From Nymphaea colorata (taxonomy: Eukaryota), in NCBI RefSeq assembly GCF_008831285.2, contig NC_045138.2, positions 9,176,001 through 9,240,000 on the forward strand: DNA of 64,000 nt. The letters run 5' to 3'. Positions 24,201 to 36,700 of this stretch are shown piece by piece. The first letter of the stretch is position 1. Every line of letters begins with the position of its first letter. The position numbers and the translations under genes are program-made. The notes beneath the pieces were generated by a model. It saw only the letters and a program-made list of their open reading frames with translations. It did no database searches and was not told the DNA's origin.

Positions 24201-24855
24201 TCCATCTTCCCGACTATTCAAGCCCAATTCCACGGTCGGATCTTTGTCAAATTTGCGATGCGTGGATCGACTCCAAATTGTGCTGCAACGATCGGGTAAG
24301 AACTTCTGATCAAATCCCAACTGATCCAAGGACGATCGCTTCACAAAATCCACGCGGAGCATCGAACTACGACTGCTGGACATTTTCCTATTTTCGACTC
24401 CATTTAGCAAACTCTGAATGAAATCTCGATCAGACGATGTCGATCGACTCCTGACTTCCAAACAAATCCATCGAGCTCAAGCTCGAGCAAATTTGTGACG
24501 CTTGTGTGCAAAGTCAATCTAATCATTCTTGGGTGCGACACACGGTGAGCCTGCGACGCATTCCTACGGTTTTGACCCTCAATCTGTGAATCCAATCATG
24601 TTTTCGAATGGCGGATCAATCCTGAATGATTAATCCTTGGACAGTGAGTCAGTTCGCAACTAAACTTTCTAGATTGATGCACTAAATCGATAGCAATTTA
24701 ATTGTTGTGCGTATTGTTCTTCATTTTCAGTGGAGTCCGAACGTTTTTTATGCCAAATTCAGTCTATTTCGGTCCCGATTAATGTAGCTGACTATCAGAG
24801 ATGATTAATGACAAAATTCTGAGCAAATTGAGTGTTTACTTATCTAAATTTGATC
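21280..24855. repeat. Repeat family C, copy 2, interrupted by solo LTR 22003-23063
   Basis: Same orientation as copy 1 and colinear with it; homology resumes at ~23575 and ends at ~24855. Confidence 0.8.
22003..23063 (-). mobile_element. Solo LTR (~1.06 kb)
   Basis: Ends TGTAG...CTACA flanked by agaa/agaa. Family C host sequence joins across it (caaggagaa | aggttagcc versus cgaggagagaacggttggcc in copy 1). Strand inferred from a reverse TATA-like motif. Confidence 0.7.
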
Positions 24856-25996
24856 CTTACATTTAATTTGATAGGGACTATTTTGGCCATGGATAAAATG
24901 AAAGATGTTTCTTTTTTGTTGCTGGTGCCAAATACCAAAAAGACAGGCTAAATTAGCTTTTTGTTTTCTAATGGATGCACTATGAAATTCACCACATCTT
25001 TTATTGTTTATGCAATACATAAGACAAATAAGTGAGATACGATGATTGAGTTGGATTTGTATTAATTAGCATTTGATGCCCATGTCTTGCCCCTTGTGTC
25101 CAATCAATCGTTTTTCCTTTTATAAGGTGTAATGATGTATCCATTAAAATATCCAACATATTCATTCCCTTGAATGTACGACCTCTAGATAGTCAGAAAA
25201 TGTGAATAGACAAGTAAACAAGATGAATTTCACTAATATATGGATGACCTAAAAAAAAAGGCGACTTGCCGACTTCTAATGAAAACAACAATAGTAAGAA
25301 CCCTGATTTGTTTTTGCAATGATAAGGCAATTTGTTGTAATTTTTGTTAATATGCAGATTTCAATGTTTCTATATTGTTTTTACTTGGATACTTGTTAAG
25401 TTAGTTGTTATTTCAGTTAACACTGTTATCTCAATCTTGTTTTTCCAGTTTTTGTTGTTCATAATGTGAATGTCAGTTGTTAAAACAACGAATGGTTAGA
25501 TTTTTTTTATTAAGTTGATAGTGCATTTGAACTATTCACACAAGGTACTAGTGATAGTAACTACAACTGTTCTATCTTGCATTATGTGTATAACTTGATC
25601 ATGTAATTGACGTATCATGGAAGGTGTTGTCGTGACAATCTGATTTAATAAACATTTGTTGTGCATAAAAGGTATTCCCAAGACGAATTGTTTTGGGGTT
25701 GACTCCACGTTTGTTTGGGTTATTGCCAAGTTAATTTTGTGGTTTATGAATCCATGTGCCAGATGACCTTTATTATATTTTACGATGCAAAACACTATCA
25801 CCAATGGTACATTCCACTTCTACATTAAGCACAGAACATAACATTTTCCAAAGTTTTTGACATCGTAAAATATTAAAAAAGTCGTCTAACTGTTTGATTT
25901 CAGTTTCACTATATATAAATATATACCTTTATTAATTATACATGCACACATTCATTACGTTGTTAATTATTGTATAACATATTTTACATGTTTTTT

Positions 25997-28900
25997 TATT
26001 ATAACCTGGCCAAGCCGGGCGGGTCTGGACTGCGAGCAGATCACGACGCAAGCCGACTTCGGGTCGGGCCGGAAGATCACCATGCCTAGTAGCCCTTACT
26101 CGCACTTTCGTGGTTATATTTTCTCTTCGTCCGTTACGCCTCAACAAGGCGGTCGCAGCTGCACCTTGTGTTCTCCGACCTCTGTAGTTGCGGACACATG
26201 CTTCCTTCGCAGCAGCGCTGGACTTCATCGCCATCTACAGGTATGTATTTGTAACCCTATTATGCTCTTGGACCTCTCCTTTTCTCCCTGTCCTTCTGTT
26301 AGGACCCACCACCGGTTGGCCTAGAAAAGCCCGAACCAATGAAGTCCTACCTTCCCAAGATCTTCTTGAGGCCTATTCTAAAATCGAAAACCCTAAACAA
26401 ATTAACTACAAGAGTCTACCCGGCCGGACAGGACCCCGACTCAAATCCCCAGTAGGTTGGAATACAAGTGCGGGAAATCCCTTTTCCAAATTCCTAACTA
26501 AGGTCAGCCTACTACAATGGGCTACGAGGATGATGAAGCCTTACAAGTCGCGAGCGATACAAGTGTTTTGAACTCTCACAACTCACTCACAAGCCATGCA
26601 AACCATTCACTATCGGCCAAACCACGCCCAATCCGAAGTAGGTTGGTCAAGTCCTTGCGGTCGTGTCTTCGGCAATAGTGCCTCCGAGGTACCGCAGAGA
26701 GGATGGGGGAAAGTGCTCAGGCTAAAACAAATGCAGAATTCAAACTAAGATGCTCCCTAAAACAATGCAAGAAAGTAAACCTTCCCCGATTCTACAAGGG
26801 GGTTAAGATCGTTACCGTTACCGGCCAAGGAGAGCCTTGGCGTTGCCGGATAGAGACCTCAGGGTGAATGCCAAGACACCGGGTAAAGCAGCTTACGGTT
26901 CTAGAAATCCGGCTGGGGAGAGCCTCCACGGAGCGCCTGCGAGGGCAAAGAGTGCCGGCGTGGACAGTCCCGGGGTCGGCAGCCGCCTGTTGCCTTGCAC
27001 CAAATGCGGGCGCAGCCTGTCTCAGATGCCGCTGGCTAGGACGCCGCCTGGAATGTCGAGGATAGCGACCGCCTATCGCTGTGGGGGATGACCTGGAGTG
27101 CCGCTGAAGTGAAGAGGAGGGCTGAAGCCAGGAAGCGGTAATGCCTACCTGCCTTCCTTTGGGAGGTGGCTCGGCCACGCGCGTTAGGTTGATGCTGACG
27201 GAAGAGGAGCAGGCCGAGGAGCGGGCCGGACGTATCCGGCTGACCTAGACCTAACTAAGGTCGGGGTTGGCTTCGGTTGGCAGGGCGCTATAGGTAGGCT
27301 GGTGGGTCTAGTCGGGCTAGACTGGGTTGAGCCTATGCTCAAGGGTTGGTGGTCTCCGTTGACCAAATGGGGTAGAGGTTTGACTACAAGGTGGCTAACT
27401 AGTGGATCCAGCTTAGTGGGTTTGGGTCAAGTAGGTCAAGAGGGGGTCGCTCGAGGTAGGCTCGAGTCAGCTAGGGTTGGACTTAGAAATGAGATGGGAA
27501 TAGGTGTTGGTCAATGATGCCTAATTCGTCTAAGGTAAGGTGGAAGACGGCGGCTTAGGACTAAGGCGTGATAGAAGGGATTCCTAGGGAAAGGGGGGCA
27601 GCACGCGAGGCTAGCTAGCTAGGTGGGGTAGGGCTTGGCTGGCTGTGCCAAGATGGTGCGCTTGATTCTTGCCACGTGGCAAGATGAAGGGCAATGACAG
27701 AGGACGCTAGGGGATGTCCTAGCGATAAGAGAACGAGTGGATGCCTTTCCTAAACGATAGGGAGGGAATCACCAAGAGATCAATAGAATTCGGGAGGCAA
27801 GACCCCAAATCTCAGGCTTAATCTCACTCGGGGATACTCGTGGATGGGATGATGACACGTGGTGGGGATGAAGGGCTACACAATCTAAAGGAGAGCTGGG
27901 CGGGATCAAGGGAGATGCAAAAAAGGGATAGAATCTGGGTGCGATATGGCTTACCTAAATTGGAGGAGGGAAGACGCGTGAAGGGATGGGACCAAACCGC
28001 GTGGGCGCTGATGTGGCTGCCGCGTGGGCCCAAGCTGGATGCGTGGAAGAATAGCTGGCTGGGGATGTGGGGATGAGGTTACTCGGATTGTGACACTTGG
28101 CACGATGGAGGGTGCTGGCTAGAGGGCGACCAGGGTTGACGTGAAAAGAGTCTAAGAGTTAGGAAAGGAGATGCGGCGACTAGGGGGACTTCCTAAAATG
28201 TTGGAGCCCGAGATCCAAGGTTGATCTCGGGTGAGGACACCTGGAGCTAGCAGGGAGACGAGTTAGGGCAACTGGCTGGATGGATGACACGTGTTGGAAC
28301 CGACAGGGAGGATGAAGACAAGTGGCACTTACTTGAATTAGCCGGCGTCCGAGGATGGAATATCGCACAAGGCAGACGGTGCTGGCTGCGATCCTTCGTC
28401 CAAATGTCCGCTTTACCCTTGCTGGAATTGATTGATTCTTCAGAGGAAGGAGGGTAGATGGGTATTCTTCCGTCGGGATAAATGAGGGTCGCCAGAATGT
28501 GCAACGGCGATCGGAAATAAAGATTTTTCCGGTGTGCGGCCGGAACTCGCTTTAGCCGTCGGAATCCGCTTAAATTTAGATATTTGGAACTTCTGTTTGA
28601 GGCGAATCCAATGGCCTATTTTCTGCAACCAAATCTCGACCAGAGCTTCTTCTTTTCTGTGTTTCTAGTTTGCTGCACCGAGATGTTAAGGGGAGGAGGC
28701 CGAACCTTTCTCTTATGATTTTTATGACTCTTCCTCTGGTAAACCCTGAGGAAATGTGGCTAGGTTGTGCCCAAAGATTGGCAAGCTTCCCCAAGACATG
28801 TAAGTAACCTTCTAAGACAGACTTCACCGACAAGCTGTAAATCTACTCTCGGGTATGCGGAGAGGAGACCTAGGAAGCCGATGGAATTCCTCCCTAGAAC

Positions 28901-30013
28901 GATCACAACACAACTCTTGGAGTAGACTCATAAATCGAGGGTACTAACCTTGGCCGTAGTTGATGAAGTCGCTGGGGATGCCAACGCCTCCACCCTTCCC
29001 TATGCAAGAGCCGGCCTTTCAACTCCTTCGTGCTTAAGGAGAAGGCACCGGATCCCGATTTGATGAAGTTCGTATGGGGTAAATTCGTGGACTGGAGGGG
29101 AGTTCACTGCCGATGGAGAGAACCCGCCTATAGCCGTCTACCTTGTGCCTTTGCCTATGAAGACGCCAGATCTTCAAGGTCTTTGGGAGAATGAGAGTGC
29201 CGTGGTGGTAGGGGACGCGAGGAGGGAGAAGACACCTTCTTGCGTTCGGGAAGAAGGTGGGAGACGAGAATGAGAGAGAGACACCTCGAGTGAGGAGAAA
29301 GAGAGGAAACGCCCAAATGGCTCAATTCTATTCCAAAAAGCATCCATTGTACATAGATCCAGTTGTTTATATACAATGCCTAATTGAGTCTAGTTCACAA
29401 CCCGAACTGGACTCTCTACCCTTACCATTTACACAAAGCGCAAGGCACAACCTGCCTTGCCTAGGTCGCTTATTCAAAACCGCAAATCGACTAAGTTAAA
29501 AAGAGTGCATAAAGCAAAAACGGCGCTTAGCGCCCAGTGCGAGAACTAAAGATAAAGCCCCTGAGCCTTGTGAGCTCAGGGTGGGGACCTTGTGCAGGTT
29601 GCCGCATGCACTTCGGATTTAGTTTAAGGGCTAAGTCTGAATGTCTTAGCCGTTAGCTTAAGGCCTTCGGTCTAAGAACGTCTCAAGGGCTCGAGAAAAC
29701 CGAACTCGTAATAGGTTCAGACTTATCTAGTTCAGTGAGTCCTGCAATTAGGTCAGAGGCACCCTTAGCCTCATTGGAATCTTCTATCAGTCTCTATAGA
29801 GACTGTGCCAAAAATCCGAGGCCTTGTGCCCTCGGTGACTGGATTCTGCTGGCTCAGCCTCCACTGGCTGCGGACCTGGAATCTGGCCCATAACACATTC
29901 CCAACTTCTCTCTCATCTCCTATCCATGCTCTTCTCCTGAAAGCAGACGGCCCAGCCTTCTTCTGCCTAAGCTAGGCACTCCGGCATATATCTAACCCGT
30001 GGGGGTCATAATA
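25997..30013 (+). mobile_element. Old short solo-LTR-like element (~25997-26296 + 29896-30013) split by solo LTR E
   Basis: GC-richer block with decayed ends tattataacc...ggtcataata; a pyrimidine tract continues across the insertion. No TSD recognised. Confidence 0.4.
26297..29895 (-). mobile_element. Long (3.6 kb) Gypsy-type solo LTR E
   Basis: Ends TGTTA...TAACA; 5-bp TSD ccttc (26292-26296) / cattc (29896-29900) with one mismatch. No retroelement coding motifs inside. Confidence 0.75.
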
Positions 30014-30480
30014 GTTGTTCGGCGTTTCTGCTACGAATCATGGAGACGGGAAGTCCTCATTTCTCTGGCGTTGGTATATCTTGGTTGTGGGAATCAAAAC
30101 GGCATTGGGCACAAACTGCTCAATGAAAAAGCTGCTGATGGAGTTGCATACGACTTACTACCTATTGATTACTGCTAACAACGGCCTCATAGAAAATTGA
30201 AACAAAAAACTTTTTTGGTTTTACAGTTCGACATTTTTGACACACGTCTGCACTAACTCTGGTTTTTTAAAGCATTTATTGGCTTCATTTTCTTTTTATT
30301 CGTGCATTTTCTCAGGACATCTTCGTATTTGCACCGACTTTTAAGTAGATCGAAATCTATAGAACCCACTTCGTTTTTTTTTTTAGCTGTACTCCTCAAT
30401 GAGAGGAACCTCTTTTTGTTATTTCACTAAAAACGACCCTTTCTTTCGTAAAATACTGGACTATTCCAGTTTTCCTCCTA

Positions 30481-30488
30481 AAACCCTA
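30481..30488 (+). promoter_or_regulatory. Telo-box (AAACCCTA) upstream of RRP5
   Basis: aaacccta begins 115 bp before the ATG. The motif is characteristic of plant ribosome-biogenesis and translation gene promoters. Confidence 0.6.
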
Positions 30489-30595
30489 CGCCACTACACA
30501 AAAACGTGGTTACGTTTTTTTGGTTTTTAAACCCCAGTTCTCTCTCCCTTCCTTCCTTCCTCTCAGTGCAACGCAGATCGGTCATAGAAGGAACA

Positions 30596-30719
30596 ATGGC
30601 GGCAAAGAAATTTACGAAGAGGAAGGCGTCTGACCCTTCCCGTGGCACCCCTGATGGCGCTTCTAAGCCGAATATCCAGATCGGCACGGAAGATGATGAA
30701 GCTCCCGACTTCCCTCGAG
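30596..30719 (+). CDS. RRP5: RRP5 exon 1
   Basis: [10 protein letters not shown]...[10 protein letters not shown]; donor GT at 30720. Confidence 0.9.
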
Positions 30720-33700
30720 GTTTTGTGGCCTTTTTCTACTCCCAGCTTCACGTATCTCTTACTTGTACCTAAACTGCGTTGTTGTTGTTGTTGTTCTTCT
30801 TCTTCTTCTTCCAGGAGGCGGTGGGGTTCTGAGTCGGGTTGAGGTGGAGCAAGCACGGACGGAAGCAGAGGCAGAGTTTGAGACGGAAGAGAGAACGAGG
30901 GAGAATTTGGGAAAAAGGAAACGCCCAAGAAAGACTTCATTCGAAGACGATGACCTCGGTTCTCTTTTCGGAGAAGGCTTCGCGGGGAAACTGCCACGGC
31001 TTGCGAATAAGATTACTATCAAGGTAACCGGAGAAATAAGCTGTTTTGTTTCTGTCCCGCTCATTCCCTGCAATGGAATTCATCGTCTGTTTTGCTTCTT
31101 ATATGAAACAGAACGTCTTGCCTGGAATGAAGATGCTGGGCGTTATCTCGGAAGTGAATCCCAAAGACCTTGTTGTGTCTCTTCCTGGTGGATTAAGGGG
31201 GTACGTCAGAGCCGAAGAAGCATCCGACTTGCTGGCAGAAAACAAGTTGAATGAAATCTCATCCAATAAAACTGCTCGTCAGCGGAAAAATGTAACGGAA
31301 GTTAATGAAGATTTGTTCTCAATTTACAGAGATTCGAGGACTCTGTGTTTCGTTTAGTGTTTTTGTCTTTTTCATGATGCATGTTGATTTGCTCCTTTTG
31401 CAGGAAGCTAGCAGCGGCACCCTTCTCAGTGTATTTATTGTAGGGCAACTTGTTCCTTGTATCGTTTTGGACGTAGAGCATCATGACGGAAAGGAGAAGA
31501 AAAGAATTTTGCTATCTTTACGCCTTTCCTTACTGCAAAAGGGGCTTACGTTGGACTTGGTGCAAGAAGGAATGGTATGCTACCATAACCAACACCCACA
31601 AACGTTATAGTAATCATTTAATCTTGTTAAAGCTTTTCTTAATACATTTTAAGATGAAACTGGACTCTTGACAGTCTGAGAATTATATAGGAAAATATTG
31701 CTAGGTTTCATTACATGGTGCTAGCGAAGTTTTGCTTCTTGAAAAACTGATTGTACTTCGGGATAATAGTGTCTGTATCATGAATTTTTTTAGTTGTCTT
31801 GTGTTCATTTTTGTGAGCCACATGGGACATATGTGTGCTGACTGATTCATGCAGCTCAAATAGCATTCTCTTATAGGCAATGCTGTATATGGTTGCGGGG
31901 CATGGCAGCTTACGGCTTCCAAACATACTAGTTGGTCATCGCCCTAGAGGTTAATTTTTATGGCCTGAAATGTGCAATTCGGTAGACCACATCAGTGGCT
32001 TCAAAATGAGTTTGTACCCATATCTGTTGTCAAAGTGCAACTGAAAGTAAAAGCCTGCATTTGTAATTTCCTATTAATTTTGCATTTCTACTAGTTACAG
32101 TTGCCTCTTGTAAAACCGTATGCAGTTATATTCTTTGAAAACACATGGAAGGCCTTCAAAAGTTTTTGGATTATTTTGACTGCTTTACTAGGTATGATTT
32201 TGGACGAGCAGATGGTTTGAGGCTTCAACTTCCTGTTATAGGTTGTATTTTCTAGGAGTTATACTATTAACCTATCATTTCTTGTAAGATATCTTTTCCT
32301 TATTGTAGGATGATTTTTCCTGCATTTGACTTGCTTTCTTTTTACTAATGTATGTCATATTCTTATAGGTTTGATGGAGACATCCATAATTGCGTTCAAA
32401 ACTATAGAACACCTTGAATTTTAGGTTTCCGATGTATCCAGTTCTATGTCACATAGGTGCGGGGTACGGGTGTTGGTGTTGCACATCTCAAAAAATTTAG
32501 GCGCCGCGGTACGGTGAGGGTCTTTACATATATGTATATGTAATATGGCAAAATATTGTCTATAAACCACAAGATTATCAAATAAAAAAATCAAAATTAC
32601 AATTTGCAAATCATGATATCATTGTCAATCATCAATTCAACAAGAAATATACTCTAGTTTTGAGTTCACAGTTCATACTTCATCCATCATCAATCAGAGT
32701 GGCATCCTAGTTCCATCAATATCTTGATTTTCTTCAATGCTTTCAACGATATCATCATCATCAAACTCCTCAGAAGGAATATCAGGATCAGCTAAACCCA
32801 TGTTAGCAACATATAAATTACGTTTTCCATCGAAATCAAATTCATCTGGATTTACATCCCAATATTGAGATGATCCACAACTGCATTTTATTAAAGATGA
32901 AAGTTAAACAATAAAAAATATTGACCACAAAAATATAAGAAATCTAATACAACATAAGAAAATGAGCAAAGCTAAACAACATAATAAGGAAATACATGTA
33001 TTCTTTTTCTTTCTTTGAAAGAAGACGTAAATGAGAATGCACATAAACCAAGTCCTTTGCACGTTGGCTAGTGAGCTTGTTCATTTTAAATTTTTTATGT
33101 TGTATATTTGACCACATATGCTCCAATGTCTTTCACAACAGGACGATGTAACAGGCTTTGATAGGAATCTCAAAGCAAGTTTTAACAACAACTTTCAACA
33201 AATTGACTCTGTAAAATAAAAAAAACTTGCAATTTTATTCCACCATTTATCATCCACATTAATGTTTTTAATAATGAGCTTTAGCCTCAACTTCAATCCG
33301 ATAAAAGCTCTACTCTCCAATGCTATCACTGGCGTAGGGTATCGCGTATTGGTCGGGCCGACCTATATGCTGTCTCGTAAAATTAATTTTTAATTTTTAA
33401 AAAATATTAAAAAATCATAAAAAATTGAAAAAATAATAAAAATTTCAAAAAAATCCGAAAAAACAAGTAAAAAACATAAAGAACAAATGAAAGAACTATA
33501 AAAAAGTATAAAGTCCTTTTTTCTAATAGATCTACATCTCATTGTTGTGTCTCTTCCCATGGTACCAAAACTAGTATCATATTTGTTGTTCGACATATGG
33601 GTAACTTCTTGTTCTTTATAATCACTTACTAATACCTCAATACAATCCAATATGCCATATTCGACCTCTCTGTCTTTCTTAAAATTGAGAAGAAATCTAA

Positions 33701-36700
33701 TACAAGAATTTAGGGAGTAAGCTGCTGCATGAAGTGGGCGATGAAGTTGTCCAGACCACCTTTCATCTATAATCTTCTATATAGGCATGTACAACTTCTT
33801 TTTTCCCTTCATATTATCTCTAATGGTCTCATTTGCTTTGTCCATAGCCTCATATAAATATCCAATAGAATATCTTCACTATTAACTAATTTGAGGACTT
33901 TCACTAGAGGTACACAAATCTTCAATAAGTTCACACATGATTCCCAAAAGTCAGCATTGAATATGGTATCCACAACTGTCGTAGCCTTTATTTTATAGGC
34001 ATGTTGATGTGTAGCCCAATCATCACTTGAAAACGTCTGCCTGAGAGGATTTCTTTGCTTGACTATACCTTGCACAGTCAAAACATTTGTAGCAAACCGT
34101 GTTTGTGCAGGTCGAATCAATTCTACGCTATTTGTGAATTTCCTTATCAAATTCAAGAAATAAGTATGATTATAAATAAACTTCGTGATTTCTTGGCATC
34201 TTTGAACTGGAAACTTCATATCATCATTTTCACCATGATCCTGAAGCACAACACGTGGGCTCCAATAAAATGTCCTATATCGTGCTGCTATCATTTCACC
34301 TGCAGCTTTATACTTTTCTGCATTATCAGTGATAAATTGCACAACATTTTGAGCCCCAATTTCTTGTATAACTTTATCAAAAACCTCAAACAAAACATTA
34401 GTAGTATTAGGAGTATTAGAAAAATCAACAGATTTTAAGAACATTGTACCAAAGGGCAGCATACAAGGAAGTTTACCAATGTTCTGTTTTTGATGTCTGT
34501 CCACCCATCAGCCATTACATTGCATCCTGTCTGTTTTCAGCTCAATTTCAGTTAATCACAATATGCCTTGACATCTCTAACTACATTATTAAGAATAGGG
34601 CATTTTATTTTTATACCCTCGGCCTACAGTAGCAATTGCATCTGCTATAGCCTGAAAATGAAAAGAGTTTGTTGCATTGAAGGGAATGGATGTGTCATTG
34701 AACTGCCTTCCTATGGTTTCATCTGCTGCTTCAACAATATCCTTTCAACACATGGTTGTACGAATCTCAGCCTGAGTACTAGCAACAGTATAATTGGGAA
34801 AAAAATTCTTGATCGAACCAGACTATTACTCCACTACATAATAGTTACTCTACCACCACTAGTACGACTCCCACTCCTGCCACGTCCTCGTAAAACTGTA
34901 CTCGCACCTCTTCTTTTTTTGGTTGCAGTTGAAGAAGAACCACCTATATGCATGATGTCTTTCTCTTTAGCTGTTCCCAAACTGACACCAACATCTTCTT
35001 CGAGCTCAACATTTTCACCTTCGCTTTCTTCCTCTTCATATGGGTCCCCATATCCTACATCTACATCCTGCATTTCCTTTTCTATCCTGCTCGCTTTCAC
35101 GACATTAATAAGCTCCAAACATTGGTGCCTTACATAGGCTGGCAATGGGTTCTCTAGGGAGCCATTGCATTGAGCCACATCGGTGTGTGTACCAGCTATA
35201 TGGTTTTTAAAGTGAGAGATCCCTTCTGATATGATTTGCTTACAATAATTGCACTTAACTTTTAACCTATCTTTGGGATTCACCCTTTCACATCATTTCC
35301 ATGCAAGATCCGACATTATATCTTCACAAAACAAGTAAAAACATACAAATAAATGTAGGAAATAAGAGAAATGAACGATTCAACGGCGAAAATGAGTTAT
35401 TTCTTATCTTTATGCTGTTGGAAAAATAAAAAACCCTCTTTCTCCAAGCTTCCCACCGTCCCTAGACTCCCCACAATGAGAAAGAAAGCTTCTTCACCGG
35501 CAAAACTTGATGCAAACGGAGAAAATCTCTCCCTCCCACATCTCTTGCAGTGTTTACAAACAAGAAAAGAGAGAGAGAGGAACATCGATTTTAAAATAAC
35601 ATGCTAAAAAGGGACCAGACGACCCCTTTTTTATTTTCCCCCTGTATTGTGCGATACGGGGGCGTATCGTACGATACGTGTGATTCGGCCCCCGTATTGC
35701 ACGATAAGTGCGATGCGCGTACGATACGCACGCGTATCGAGCACGTAGCATATAAGTTTCTTCGCCCTATACGATACGTATCGTACGATACGCGTCCGTA
35801 TTGTACGATACAGATAACATTGCTACTCTCTACTAGCCACCATTTGAATGACTGCACCATTTGAATGACTGCATCCCGCACTCTTTGAATGCTTTTCAGC
35901 ATGACAATTATTGAAGCAAATCGTGTCTTTGTAACTTAACAATCTCAAATAAGAATAATTACCAAAAAGAGACAATGCATGTTGGTTGTTGACGATGAAA
36001 TTTCTAATATTTCTTGCATCTTTTTCAATCTCTTGAATCCATGAGAATAGCTCATGTCCCTTAGGATCTGCATCTTGACTTGGAGAATTACATATGTCCT
36101 TCAGTGCTAAATTCAAAGTATGTGCAACACATAGGGTTCAAAAAATATGTGGAAAATCATACCTCAAATGAAGTCCAACACTTCTGCTTACAGCTACATT
36201 GTCTGTAATGAGCTGCACAATTTTATCAGGACCAACATCCTTGATGGCTTCTACAAATAATTGCTTCAAATATTCAGCATCTTTATATTCTTCAAATGCA
36301 TCAACTGCCTTCAAAAATATTGGTTCATCACGTGCAATGACAATAAAATTAATTAGTGGACATCTTTGAATGTTTGTCCACCCATCAGAAACAATTGATG
36401 CACCAGTCGTGTTCTGTTTAAGCTTTTTTCTTTCTAAACTTTAATCAACCTCACTCTTTCATCCCTAAGAAGTGCTGTTTGCAACCTTTCTGAACTGGGA
36501 GATACAAATCCTGATAATTTGCCATTTGCAAGCATAATAATATACTTTTTCCAATATGAATTTATAGCTACATTGAAAGGAATGCAGCTAGAATAGAAAA
36601 ACTTAGCAGCCGCTAGATAAATCAAAACATGTCTCTATAGTCTTTCTTTTTCTATCAATACTCTTAGGAGGCATGCTAGTATTTGTCCTAATATTACTTG

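Noticed and set aside
24860..25990. AT-rich stretch as the missing NRPB12 exons or another gene
   Set aside because: No CxxC / YRILYKKRT coding signal on +, and the 90-aa minus-strand ORF has no recognisable motif.
30563..31254. Antisense 144-aa ORF and 163-aa sense ORF at the RRP5 5' end
   Set aside because: These are the shadow of RRP5 exons 1-2 and intron read-through including a (GTT)/(CTT) microsatellite; the spliced model explains the region.
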